Positions 1 through 13,177 of a DNA stretch of 64,000 nucleotides are shown here, in pieces (the stretch's first letter is position 1; every line of letters begins with the position of its first letter). The notes under the pieces were generated by a model. It did no database searches. It was not told the origin of the DNA and saw nothing but the letters and a program-made list of their open reading frames with translations. Origin of the DNA: Oikopleura dioica (Eukaryota; Animalia; Chordata); NCBI GenBank assembly GCA_907165135.1, contig OU015567.1, forward strand, positions 11,036,001 through 11,100,000. The letters run 5' to 3'. The position numbers were made by a program, and so were the translations under genes.

Positions 1-112
1 CAAAATGCCCGCTTTTGCCCGGCCAAATTTAAGGGGCTGAGAATGCCCGGCAGAACACATTTTGCCCGGAAATTGTCCGTTTTCCCCGACTTCCCGATGC
101 CCGAACGGTCAC
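1..112. repeat. Probable right end of a small DNA-transposon/MITE cut by the window edge
   Basis: Five TGCCCG motifs in ~100 bp, ending in CGAACGGTCACC (reverse complement GGTGACCGTTCG, a hAT-like terminus). The other end is not visible. Confidence 0.3.
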
Positions 113-317
113 CTCCGCTATCGAGTTTGTTACTAACTTGGAATTATCAACAGTTAGATCCACCATTCGGCTTATATTGACGAGCTGAAAAAGGTACAAT
201 AACAGATTTTTTTGTTATTTTCTGCTTCAAAAATAGGTTTTTGAAATCATCTTTGCTTTTGAGTGGCTGATTGTTAAAGATTCTTGCCGAGAATGCGTTT
301 CAATTCAAGCGAAAAAA

Positions 318-451
318 TTTTCGCTTTTTTTCGCAATTTTCAATGATATTTCGCTTCGCTTTCGCTTCGCACATGGGCGAAGAATTCGCTTCGCTTTCGC
401 TTCGCAAAAAATTTGAAAAAATGGTTCGCTTTCGCTTCGCTTTCGCACTAG
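318..451. repeat. Interspersed TTCGC/TTTCGCTTCGC short-unit repeat
   Basis: Repeated TTCGCTTCGCTTTCGCTTCGC blocks at ~350-370, ~385-405 and ~425-447. Confidence 0.75.
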
Positions 452-499
452 GATTTCGGCTGATATTTAGACCCCTGTTTGGTCAATAATGTTAAGTTC

Positions 500-3400
500 T
501 TGTTTGTACAAGTTTGTACTTAGGAGAGCATTTATCAATGATCATGGATCGTTTTGAATTCCGGTTGATATTTTAGCCATCAAATTGATCAAAAATTGTT
601 ATAAAATTTAGAATTCGTTCTGTTAGTGATTTTTAATTGCCGAAAATGGATGAAACTGGCAATTTTTCTTGGCGATTCTATGATGCACCAATTAATGGCT
701 CTTTTATAATTATTAGTAAATTATATTTCACTACACAAGTGATCTTCTTATCAACAGCTCCTTATCGCACTTACAATTCACCCGGTCAACCTTCGATTTG
801 AACGCCAGCAACTCTCGTTTTACGCAGCTTATGTGGTCTGTTCTTTGAGGTTTTCATAATGATTATTTACGAATTAATAACGAAAGTGAAAATTCGCGGA
901 GTTTCAGATTGCTTTTTCAATAAATTTGGCAAAATTGGATCTACGCACTGCGAAAGCATTAGAGCTAGAATTTTGATAAATATTGCTTTCTCACGCGGAG
1001 GCAGAAAATGAGTTCTGTTTCTTGGGGTAGATTTTAAATTTTCTAATTTCATATCTCGTCCACGTGCGGAACCAAACTAACTCGATTTTGATGTTTTTCA
1101 AGCTTTTTACAGTCTCAAACCAAATCATTATTATCACGAGAATCACCCTCTAAAGTTTAGAGTCTAAACTTTATAATCTAATGCATACATTCTAACTAAC
1201 ACTCTAAGCAAGAAATTTTGATAAAATTCTTTCGCATAATTTTGTTTTGTTCTAGTTCGCGGTATTTAGTAGTAACCTCGACGAAAAGAGAGCAGTTGCG
1301 ATAGAGGCCGTCAGGTATTTTATCCGGGAAGAATGGAGCTAAGAATGTCCTCGAGTGAAAAATACTTTCTTCTGGAAATTTGAGTACTTTACCTTTACAG
1401 TTGCACAGAGCAAGTGTCCTTTTTGATGGTGAACACAGTTTATCTAATTTCTGTGAAAATTTTATGTTTTGAACCATCAACCTGTTGATTGAGCACTCAT
1501 TTATACAATGTTCTTAACTCCAGTTTAAAATTGCCTTCAAGAAGCTTAGTTCTTAAGGCCGTTAATAAATTCTCAAAAACAAACTCTCCATTTGACCATT
1601 TTAAACAAGTCCCTTCAGTGTAGTTATCAAAGAATGCCAATTTTCCCTTTTTTGTGCAGTTGGAGAACGGACTTCCAAGTTTTGTCGTTGTTTGCTATAC
1701 TTTGTTCTAGCTTAGCAACTTCTCGGTGATTGATTTGGTTAAAATTCAAGTGCGTAGTTTTGACTCAAAACTAGACAATTCCCGTTTACCCTACTGTTTT
1801 ATGTAACGATACTTGTGATAAAGAGAGACTGAAGCTCAGCAATTTCCACCAAAAATAATTAGACTGGAATATTTTTACACTCCAAATACATAATAATTGC
1901 TGGAACAATTTCCTGGTGAAGTTTCACGATCGGAATCGACTTTGACGAAACTTGTAGTGACTAGAGACAGAAGTAAATGAGAAATAATAACTTGTTAATA
2001 ACGCGTTTTGGGGAACGAGCACTTAGAGCTGTCCAATTATTGAGATTCTATGAATGAGAAAATACTGCCACGTGATAATCTAATTGCTCCTAATCGGGGC
2101 TGCGTTGAGACAACACAATTAGTGGCGTTATAAACGAAAAACATAAACTTGTTATGGACGTAATTAAGTGTAATAACATTAATGGTAATTACATATAAAA
2201 TAATTGTTCTGATCGCACCTTTTTGAAGTCAAGCACTCGTTGATGCTTGTCAGAATAGTACATTGAGAATCCATCGAGAAAATGAGTCCATCCTTTTTTC
2301 AAGGATATCTACTGTAAATATCCTGAACTTTGATGTTTTCCGGAAGCGGTGCCTGAGGACCAATCGCTCGCTAAAAGGTAAAAATGCTTAAAAGTTCACT
2401 CGAATTCTATTTATGGTCCACTCTGTCCCCTTCCCTCAAAACACCGGAAGACGGGCGCGTTTTTAGAGTTTTTATGAGAGCAGACTCTAACCGTTGTAGG
2501 CAAGAACTATATTTAGGCTTGAACTATTCCGCGGAGTGTATATTTTGCAACTGTTGCGCTGGTTTCAGATTCTTTGATCTTCGAAAAGAACAACTTCCGC
2601 AGAAACTCTTCGAGTAGGTTTGAAGCGAAACCAATTCCTTCCTTCTTGAAAGAGGTGATATTTCCAGCTTAGGCGACATTCTTCTGGCCCCGATCGACAT
2701 GCTTATTCACGGAAGACAATATCTCCTGAGGATTCTTATATGACGAACATTGCCAAATTGATGCATCAAATTTCTATCCTGGACAGGTGTGCCCCGAAAC
2801 CTAAAACGTCAAAGTCTGGCCTTGTTTCTTGATATAATGTGTGCATCGTGATATTCTTTGGCAAGCTTTTTTAATTGCAAATCATTTTGTAAAAGGTGAT
2901 TTTCTAAAATTCGAATTGCCAGACAGCTTTTTATTTAATTAACCTTGCCCTTCAAAAGATCCAAGTTCTTTGCCAACTGAATCTTAGTGGGAACGTCTCT
3001 ATCCTCTGGGTTACTTTTGGCTGCTCATGGGAGAATTTATCCGACGCGGTCCCTACTCAGAGAAAGGTTCGTCCAAATGTCAAGCAGCTTTTGTAACCCT
3101 TCTTGGGTAGTTTCTCGGGTTGTTGCTCAGGTGGTGCTCAAATTTGAATAATTGACAACTTAGCTTACAAAATTCCTCGGCTACGAGTTCGAAATTTACA
3201 AATAGAGTATCTTTACTCCCTCCGTAAGAGTTTTGCAAAACACGTTTATTAACGAGTAATTCCCGGGTTAAAAAGTTGATGCACCTGCCCGAATTTCTTC
3301 TTTATATTTTCGGTATAATCGGATATGTTCTTGGCGATCTCTTCAATAAATGTCGCATTGACCAAGTTTGCTGAAAGTGACGTGTCCGTCAATTTTTATC

Positions 3401-5950
3401 GGCACATGATATTCACACCAGCATGTTATTTATGTCGATGGCCGTGGAATAATTATGAGTTTACCATTATATAAATTTCCAATGAGCGGGTAGAGCGTCG
3501 GAAACTTGCTCTGCAGATCGTATCTCGAATGCAACGAGTTGAGGCAAAATGCAATTTGCGGAAAGTCGGGATTCGTTTCTTCCATTGTCATTTTGCTAAT
3601 GCCGCGGTACTGTCTACGTCACGGTCAAAAATAATCGCTTCCCTTTTAAAATATACTCCAACTCTACAATAATCTTGAGGCAAGCGGCGAATTTTGTGAT
3701 TGAATAAATTACGCTCTAGCTTCAAAACTTTTCAAAAACTATCTTTGTGCAGGTCCTTAAGAAAAGCGACCGCACAGCCGTTAGTGGTTTTTCCTTCCCG
3801 GGGGTCAACGTCGTTTGCGTAATTTCTCACACGTTCTCCAACGTCCAAGGTGCGGGTCTACTCATCACCGTAATTATAATTCTCGAGGAGATAGTTGATA
3901 GCCTACAGACGGTAAAATGGAGGCCGAACGCGCCACTCCGGTACTTTGCTTTAGAGTGGTCAGATAGTGCGTACTAATACTATACTTGATACTTTGCTAG
4001 GGACAGAATTCGATCGCGTCTAAATGAAAAATAATTGAATTGGCCTCATTTCTAAAAAAATAATCCCAGTTTTGCCAACTTCAACATTTTGTCCATAGTC
4101 AATTTAGTGAAAACAACGACTTTCAATAGCTTCCAGACCGTTCAAAATAGACGACTTAATTGCTCCTGGTAGTGATAGTTATTGACCTTGTGGCTATAGA
4201 GATAGGTGCATTTATAGAGCCCGGTGGTTGATCTTTCCAAATGGTTCCTCGAACGCTCTGCTAATCCCAACGATCACTTTGGCTATCTCAAACTAGATAG
4301 GCTTATCGGAACCAGTCCCCAAGTATCCCAATTGTCATAAGTACGCCCCAGCACAGACGGCGAATCGGCTTCCTTGCTACGATATACGCACTTCCATGCG
4401 GACCTAAGAGTTAATGAAAAACGGGCTATTCAACAAAACAGGTCACACGTGATAAAGCAACGATTTAATTTTATGGGATCCGTGTAAGTAAATGTATCCA
4501 CTTAGTGAACTAGAGCAGCTCTAGTGAAAACGAAAACGTGTAAAATAAGGTGGCGAGCAAAACAAAAAACGACATGGCACTTTCGAGCACCACAGAGGTC
4601 AACGTCTTGTGAGTATTACAAAGGGCTAAGTCGACCGCGGGGGAATGTCTTTCCGCTGAACTCATGAACTCCGTGGGTGAGGACTTTTTAGCCCTGTGAG
4701 TACGCAGAAATACATCTGTCAACCGAATGATGTTCACGATTCTCAAGTACTTAAGCGGTTTTTGAATAAAAATTGATAAGACTTGCTCACAAAAATTAAG
4801 AAAACATCATTGAAAATAGTAAAATAATCATTCTCACCTGAGTAAGCAGAAAACTCCTATTCTAAAGGTCAATCATTATAATTGAGGGTTAAGGAACTCT
4901 ATTATTATTTCCACTGGCCAACAATAATTATTACAGAAACTCAATAAACAATTTTCGTTTCCCACTCCTCGATTGAATAATAGCGAATCTGGCAATATCA
5001 TAATTGATCTCTTCCTTGTAATATTTGACCCAACTCACGCTGCTGCGCGTCAGCCGCTCGTCTGAGTCGTCTATTTTCCCCATAAGCAGTCGAGGGAAAG
5101 ACTTCCAATTTTATCTCAGGAAAGAGAAGCAGGCTTATCTCTCGCCAGAGTGGGCCAGTTTGGATTTTTATTTCTAAAGAAAAAGGAGAAGATTAGTTAA
5201 CTTGATCAAAAGGTAAACAGTTTAGTAAATTCTGGACGAAACAACAAATAAAAAACAGGTTATCGATATTTCCTCAGAAAAAACAAACCTCGATATCTAT
5301 CTTAAATATTGAGCACTCATTTTTATTCAAATTTGATAGGAGTAAGCTTTGGCATTGAATATTTAAAGGATACCTGCCTGCTCTGATCACTCTCTGCGCT
5401 TGTATAAAAATAGAACTAGCTGAGGTCGAAGCGCAACTAATAAAATAAATTCATCAATTACTCTAATCAGTAGCTCTAATCACATCATCTTTATCATCGA
5501 CAGACTCGTTGAGGCATCGACTAGAGTTAACCTTGTTACTGTCGCATCACAAGAATCGAAATCAACTTTATTTCAGCACGTGAGATTGTCCGAGGCAATG
5601 ATTTTCAATTCCAATTCGCATACCATACATTTTCTTGTTCGAACAAATTTAAAAACTTTCAGAAAATTAGTTTGCAAACGAAAGTTCTTTTGGTTAGATC
5701 GCTAGCGGTTACTGGAAAGTCAGTGGCATTTTAGAAGAGTCGATACTTTTTGAGCTTAGAATTCCAGAGGCACCAGTGGCTCCAGAGTTTGGATAATCCG
5801 GTGGTTGTTTGGGGCTTAGATTCCCTCACGTGGTCTCACTCAACTTGGCGGTCGATCCCACCGCCGGAACAGTTTATTTTTACAATACCATTCTTGTAAC
5901 AAAGTATTCAAGTGCACTTATCTACAACTTATTTTATTTGACCCTTTCAG
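500..5950 (-). mobile_element. Heavily decayed coding relic, possibly a Ty3/gypsy (Tor-like) LTR retrotransposon with an env-like 3' region
   Basis: Minus-strand frames broken by many stops. They give weak, correctly ordered resemblances: RT-start-like KYLRIVNIIRL...AVDLAL (~4760-4620), integrase-C-terminus-like LREGDRV...AIGP (~2450-2350), then Cys-containing ORF fragments (2200-500). No LTR or intact catalytic motif was found. Confidence 0.35.
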
Positions 5951-6755
5951 TGTACTTCATTCGAAATTCACTAAAACTTGCGAAGGTGTTCTTCTGAGCT
6001 GATCACATTAGAAATAACTGTTGTGTTAAAAGTAAGTCCTGGTAAACGATCAGTTATTAACATAATTGCTTGATGTAAGACACATGTAAGTAAGAGTATG
6101 GGATTAGCAGTTTCTTGCCAAAATAATATTTATCTCGTTCTGTGGCTTTGTTTGGAAGTATCAATTAATAAACTTAACGGAGTATAGCCTGAAAACTGCA
6201 GTGTTTTCATTTTAATCCTTATCCTACAACTTTTTAATCAACTTCTATTCCTGAGAAAATTTTCTACTTGTAATTTGATCATGAAGGCATTTTGTCAATT
6301 ATTTAGTTTCGTCTCCAAAGGCTGTCTGTTTTATGAACGTATGCAAATATCAGAGCTTCAGATCATAAAGTTTTACATTTTGATGTGTTTTCTCTCTCTC
6401 GACGAAACTACCACCAGCTTAGCTTTTTTATCTCCCCCGCTTTAGATGTTTCCCGCAAAGATATACTCTTCCATGATTTCTAATGCTGAAAAATGAATCA
6501 AGAAAATCTCAGACGTGAGCAAATTTGACTAAGATAATCACCGAGGACGGGCAATTTGTCATATTTATCTTCAAGCACAGACACGCGTGTGTGTCCCTAT
6601 GGGCTATTTTCTAATTTGGGCACATAACAAAGAGAATCTCTAGAACAGGAGAAAGTTTTGGATTGTTGTCTTTTGTCCAGCTCAGTTCAGATTCGCGCTT
6701 TGTTCGAGCGGCACGCGGGCGAGAGACACGCAAAGTTGAAGGAAAATCCTGAGGG

Positions 6756-9700
6756 ATGAAGGCAAAGGTTCATAAATAAGATTAGTACAGTGAAAACCGA
6801 AATTTCTGCCGGTTTTCAGATTAAAATTTGCGGCAGAATTTTGGGTTCTTTTCAGATTCTTAAAAATGCCAATTTGCCGAAAAAGCGGCAGAATTATGGG
6901 GCGGGGAAATTTGAGTTTTCACTGTATTTTAAAAAAGTAATTGATTATGTGAAACTGTACAAAGGATACGGCCGAAGTCGGCAAATTGATTCTCCGTCTT
7001 CGAGAGAAACTTGAAAGTGTTTCTGATGAGCTCGCTAAAAGCGCCGCCGATTCTAAAAACGGCGACCTTATGAAGGGATGCACAGATTTTCTCGTGCAAG
7101 AAGCAGAGAAGCTCGTCGCCATTCAGGAATAGTGCTCAAATTCAACAATCTTCTTTTGTTTGATTCATTGATTCGTATTAATTCAGTTTAATTTTGATGA
7201 TTTTCGAGCATTTTCAAGGATGGCATCTTAAAATCAACGGAAAACTTCTCCGAGCTGCCGCCGGTACGTCTTGTCGAGCCTTCTATGATGTTCGGCGGCG
7301 GTGTTCCGGAAAATCTCATTTCCCGAGCTGGCGATGCTTCCGGTATCGAGATGGGAAATGGAGAGCGTCTCGCAATCGAGGGGCCACCTGTTTCCATGGT
7401 GGCCACAACGACCGACGCTACAAGTTCTGTCGGGGACAAGACCGATAGAACGGGTCGGGCCAGATCTGCCAAGTCTCATGTAAGTCTTATCAGCTCTTGT
7501 TTATCCTCAATAACAATTGAGGACGCTTCGAGAATCAGAACTGGCTTGCCAAATATCAGATCATACCCTGTTCAAAAGAACCACCCGGCAGAGTGCACAG
7601 ATCCGATTCCAGTGACACACGATGACGTCGATAAAGGCATTCTCAACATGATCGAGCGAGGCATCATCCCTCCAGCTGCTCATATTCAACTTCTACCGAG
7701 TCCTATCACAAAAGGTCATTCCACAGCGACGAAATCAGCAGAAGAGGAGTCAAACTACGCGCCGTCAGGATATTTTCATGAACAGCATCCGAACATCAAG
7801 GTCGATCCGAACTTTACAATGAGTTCGGATGATTATTCAAAGGTGAGATGGGGTAGGAGAACTTTTTCAACGATGCAATTATAGATCTAAATCATTTATT
7901 GTTCTTTTCTTCCAGTAAAAATATTATTTGATCAGTAATCGTCGTAATAATAATCATTGTAGTGTTCATAATCAGATTCATGGTTGAGGGACATCCCGTA
8001 CATGAGGTCAGTCACAGACTCTTCGTCAGTCGACTCTTCTTCGGAAGAGTACGAGGTTTGGAAGCGGGCACCTCGGCATGGTCGGCCAGACTTGCATCTC
8101 CCACAGAGGTCAGAGCGATGCTCTTTGTCACCCTGTTTACCATTACGTTCGTGTTCGATCAAATAATGTGGCTCCGTTTTTGTATTGCAACTCTAAAACT
8201 TGAAAGATGGCTTATTTTTCTGCTCTTACCTCGCATTCTTGCCACTCGCCATCGAATGCATATGCACTTGACCAAGTTTTGCCGCATTTTTTCTTAGGGC
8301 AGCGATATCGACCAAAAAGTTTTCCATGGTAGATTGTCTTTTTCTTGTTCTCATGGAGGACTTCCTCACAATGAGTGTAAGGACAATCAATTTCATCTTG
8401 CCTGAATTTTTTTAGCGATAGGGATTTTTAATAACATTACCGGAAGTTCAGTGATTCAAAGTTTTTGCGGCAGCCTCTGCAATAATAAAAGCGTTGGATT
8501 CTCCCAAATGGTTTTTCCCATTTGAGAATCTGACCGCATCGACACTTCATTGTCTCCTTGTTGTACTTGGTACTTTCGAATTCCTCGTCACAATTATCAC
8601 AGTAAAATTCTCTAGTGATATTCCAATAATCAGGATCAGCGTCAACGATGTCATTGCATTCAGGGCAAGGCTTTTCTCTCCTGCCTTGGTTGCAGACAAA
8701 GTCAATGTCACAGTCTTCACAAGTGAACTGTCGTTGGACGTGCATTTTTTCTGAAAAATGAAAAAAATAACTGGCTTTAGGAAGCAATCGCTCGCATTTA
8801 TATTCAGCTAGGCGATTAATTGCTCAAATAGAGCGCACTAAAAAGGGAAAATGCATCACCGGAACGCCCCGTTGCTGTATTAACACTTTTTGTGCCCTTG
8901 ATTCCAGAATTAAAATTTTATATGGGTCAAATATGAGTCGCCCTTGGGAATATTTTATTATTTATTTGATTAACAAATATTTTAGTACGGCGAAAGAAGC
9001 GTAAAAGCAATCGAAACTCCAATGCCTCCGCCTGGAACTCCCGCTGCAAAAGTCCGCGAAAGCTCCAGCATGAGGCTAAAAAAGTACTCTGACATATCTC
9101 TGAAAAAAGGAACGATCGCTGTAGTGATAGAAGTCGGTGGCAAAATGAATTATAACGAGCAGCTATGTGTGGAAGACTTTGGAGAAGCGCTGTGGAAAAC
9201 AATCAAGCGTGACATTTTGCCAAAACTGGTGGAAATCAGCGAAGACTACATGATTCCGCTGATTGTTTTCACCTACGTAGGACTGAGAAAATGTGCCGAA
9301 ACTCACGAGATTAGCTTTCCAATCAAACTGCCTCTTCACAAGATCCTCACTTATCTCGACAACTACAACGACATTAAACGACTAATGAAGAAGCCTGGGC
9401 GGCAATTTACCGGTGAAAAGAGACGAAAACACTTAGCATCGCTGATGATAACTGCCGCCTTCAAGATGCGAAGAGATCGAGAATTTTATTTAACATACAG
9501 GAGGCAACAACAATCTGCTGGCATCATCGCGATTTCCTGGGTTATGTTTGTACGAATGCGCCGCTGCAAGAGAAAGCTCGTAGAAGTTCGGAAAGAGCAA
9601 TTGAAAAGCTATCACAAAAGACTTTCCAAAATGCGCATCGAGTGGCCCATGTGGGTCGAGCAGCCAAAGATTATCATCCATTTGCCAAGCCTGGGCTTTC

Positions 9701-12117
9701 GTCGACAAATTCGATTCACAATCGAGGATCTTGAACGAAGACAAATGTCGCAAATGGCAAGGCTGATCGATTCAACGAAACCGAATACGCAAGTTATTTT
9801 CATCTCAGCCATGCCTTTTACTGACGATCTACAAAGATATTACAACAGATTATTAGGTAAAATTACAGTCTTCTTCTCAAAATAATTATTTTTAAGGAAT
9901 GAGTCCAGCAGTGCAAACGAGTAATCCAGCTCAACTCAAAGATCCCGAAAAAGTCACCAGAAAAGTAAGCGACTGTATTCCTCCTTGATTTTAATAACAT
10001 TTTTAGTTTACAATAATCGTGCCAGAAACAATGAACCAATTCCCGACACATTGCCTTAATTTAGCACAACATTTAAAGTACTCTGCTGAAGCAATGGGTC
10101 GCCTAAAATCACTCATAAAAGGACAACGAGCGATTATTTATCCTGGCTACGTTTGCGCAGACACGTTATCAGTTGCTGACGAACTCGACGTTCCTATTTA
10201 TGGATCTGAGCCTGATCTTGTCCAACTGTACTCGGGAAAGTCCGGCTCGCGAAGAATCTTCAAAGCAGCAAAAGTTGAAACACCACCAGGCGACACCGAT
10301 ATTTACAACTACCAACAGCTTGTCGAATGCCTGGCAGAGCAAGTTACGGCACATCCCTTTATTGATGAGTGGCTGATCAAGCTCGATTCTCAGTTTGATG
10401 GCCGTGGGACTTACATTTTCCCAGCAAGAAAGCTTCCTGGAATGGGACAGCTTCGGAGCGAGTGCACAAGATACGGCGAATCGCGCTGGCGCCAGAAGAG
10501 TTTCCAACAGACGATGTTCAACAAAATCCTTGAGCAAGTGCCATCTGTTCTAAAACTCGCCACTGCTGGAAACAAGAAAACAAAGAAAGCATACCCTACT
10601 CTTGAAAAGTTTATGAGCGAGATTGGAAGTCAAGGTGGAGCAATTCAAGCAGCACCGGCGACGAAAGAAATGACGAATCTCACGGTCGACATCGAAATCA
10701 CTCCAGAAAACAAGATCAAATTCGTCTCTTCTGGTGATCAGATACACTCCGATCGCTTCGATGTCTGGGGCTGGTCGCTGCCCCAATCTTCCGTTGAGCC
10801 CATTGACTTGGCTGATACTGTTGGGAGGATCGGACAAGCTTGCATCGATCGTGAAATCGTTGGCCCGGTCAAAATCACCTTCCTCACTTTCTTCGACGGC
10901 AATCAGAGACAACGACTCTGGGCGACTGGATTGAAACTCATGGCTTCTGACTTGTCTTCGATGACTCAACTGGCCAAGTTCTCGACAGGGGCCGATTTTG
11001 ATGCAATGAAAGGTAATAATATTTGATCGAAAGAGACCTCAATGTGCTTTCAGGCGAGTTCCGAGTGGCCGTTACTTCAACTCAAAAGGTCACAAGGGAA
11101 ATTCAATTAGAAGGAGTCAACAATACGATCGTCACTAAAAAAGAGACAAGGAATGAGGAAGTGGTCAAAATCGAGCCCAGACACGCCGTCGTCAGCACCC
11201 AGGTACAAAGTTTATCTTTGAAGAATCCCTCTGAAGAACTGTCTCTCAGCTTATTCACACAAATCTGGCGGTGCTGCATTACACCGTGTTCTTTCAAACC
11301 TGCCGAGTTCACGCCATTGGTATCGATGTCAAGAACAAGGTCGGTACAGTCTTCACCTTGATGGATACTGTCAAGCGAGAGAATATGGGAATGGTGACGG
11401 TCGAGAAAACGCTCGCGGATGCGATTCAAAACGCTGCTAGAAATTTGTATGTCCTGCACAACGAAATCTCAGCGCCCAATATGCAAGGAAAGAGTTCGAA
11501 GAACTAAAAGAAATCGAAAATTATCGAACAAAAGGACCTGGGGTCGGCAACCCATCTTTCAAACAAAAGATGGGAAAGGGAAAGATGGGTTTTCCGAAAG
11601 ATGGGAAAGGTGGGAATGGTGGGAAAGATGGATTCAAAAGATGGGAAAGATGGGTTACAGAAAAGATGGGAAAGGTGGGTCACAAAGATGGGAATGTTGG
11701 GTCCCAAAGATGGGAATGATGGGTTTTTAAAAACGGAAAAATTTGTTTTCCAGAAAATGAGGGACGAATTTAATTTCATTCAAGGGTAAAACCCATTTTT
11801 CCCATCTTTCGAACCCATCTTTCCCATCTTTGATACCCATCTTTCCCATCTTTTGCAAACCCAACTTTCCCATCTTTCAGACCAAAAGATGGGTGAGGGA
11901 AAAAAGGCAAAAACCCATCTTTCCCACCTTTCCCCTAACCCACCTTTCCCATCATTCCCATCTTTGAAAGATGGGTCGCCGACCCCAGAAAAGGACTGTT
12001 TTTTAACTCTAAAAAGGTCAGACAAACTTCCATGATGTGCTGAAGAACATTGACGAGGTGTTGGAAATCATCAACATGAACACGGAAGAAATAAAAGAAG
12101 AAAAGCGCCATCTGTAA
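6756..12117 (+). CDS. IQCH: IQ motif-containing protein H (multi-exon)
   Basis: N-terminus MKAK|DTAEVGKLILRLREKL. IQ-like ITAAFKMRRDREFYLTYRRQQQSAGIIAISW, then IIIHLPSLG, FTIIVPETMNQFPTHCLNLAQHLKYS and C-terminal LHNEISAPNMQGQTNF, all matching recalled IQCH motifs. Stop TAA at 12115-12117. Confidence 0.85.
7932..8745 (-). CDS. Zinc-ribbon repeat plus zf-3CxxC (ZCCHC24-type) protein, nested antisense in an IQCH intron
   Basis: Three exons separated by short GT-AG introns. Spliced product contains three FxCxxC...CxxC units, then FGRYRCPKKKCGKTWSSAYAFDGEWQECESCN...HRSDLCGRCK (3CxxC-type finger) and an acidic tail. ATG at 8745 follows a TTTTCAG acceptor. Confidence 0.75.
11538..11988. mobile_element. 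hAT-type MITE (451 bp) in the last IQCH intron
   Basis: TIRs CTGGGGTCGGC(A/G)ACCCATCTTTCAAA. Perfect 8-bp TSD AAAAGGAC at 11530-11537 and 11989-11996. Internal AAAGATGGG repeats switch orientation mid-element. Confidence 0.92.
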
Positions 12118-12413
12118 AACTCTGTAATCTTAACTATCTATTTATATTTTTGTACACTAAAGAATCTATTTTCATACAAAATTCAAATTCGCGCGCCTGA
12201 GGGAGAAAAAGTCACCTCCCCCGGCAAGACGAATGAGTCACTGAATCCGCGTCTTCTGCAATCAATCTTCATAGAACGTTTAAATAAGGATGGCTCATCC
12301 TTGACGGTGAATAAATCAATAACCTTAACAGCCGCAGAGCTAAAAGACCATCGCTTCGGATGGAGGATGAAAAATTGATAAGCAAGTTCGCAAAAGTAAT
12401 AAATTAATTTTAA

Positions 12414-13177
12414 GGCTATAACCTCTCTTTTGGACTCTCTGGAAAATGGACTTCCCTTGGTCGATTTCAAAAATTTAAAAGGCATACATAGTTGTTTTCT
12501 CCTAAAGAATTCAAAAATGCCACCAAAAAATATTTTTCATCGGTAATTTTTTGCCCTAGGATCATTCAAAAATCGCCATTCGGTTTTCCGGCAAAACTGG
12601 AAGTTCTGAGGTAGAAAAAATCCGATAATAATATTAAGTAGGGCATATTCTATGATCCCTATGGAAAAAATAATAAGAAATTGTCCAAATTAGGATTATA
12701 GTTCTCTCTTCTTTTAAAACTCTTTTGTTTATAGACTGACGCTTGAGCTCCGCGCAGCCAATCAGAGCGCGATAAATCGCTTGACTCACACGCTCGCCAA
12801 CAGCGCTCTCTTTCTGGCCTGGAGGATAGCACTCCGCGCAGCGCGTCCACGCGCATTTTTATCCTCAGGTGCCAGCACTAACATGGCCCTAGAGTGAAAA
12901 TTTGAAGAGATATCGAAAATTTTTTCCATAGGGATTGTAGAGAAGGCTTTAATCTATTTATTGATCGAAAAAAATCTACCTCTGTAATGGTAAAGTTCTT
13001 CGGAAAACCGAATGGCGTTTTTTAAATGATCGTAAAAACGAAATTTCGAAAGAAAAAATAATTTTTGATCGCATTTCTCAAATCTACGATAGATTTTGAG
13101 TATATGAGCCTTTTTAATTTTTGAAATCGATCAAGGGAAGTCCGTTGTCCAGAGAGGCAAAAAGAGAGGTTATAGCC
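12414..13177. mobile_element. Foldback-like non-autonomous DNA transposon with ~255-bp inverted arms, TTAA (or TA) target duplication
   Basis: GGCTATAACCTCTC... and ...GAGAGGTTATAGCC termini are flanked by TTAA at 12410-12413 and 13178-13181. Imperfect inverted homology continues inward to ~12670/12920. Confidence 0.88.

Noticed and set aside
6795-6905. GCGGCAGAATT repeated twice plus one inverted copy in IQCH intron 1
   Set aside because: Probably a MITE remnant, but no termini or TSD could be defined.
11500-12035. Several 60-100 aa ORFs rich in RWERW/MGK/PSFPS
   Set aside because: They are translation artefacts of the AAAGATGGG repeats of the hAT MITE.
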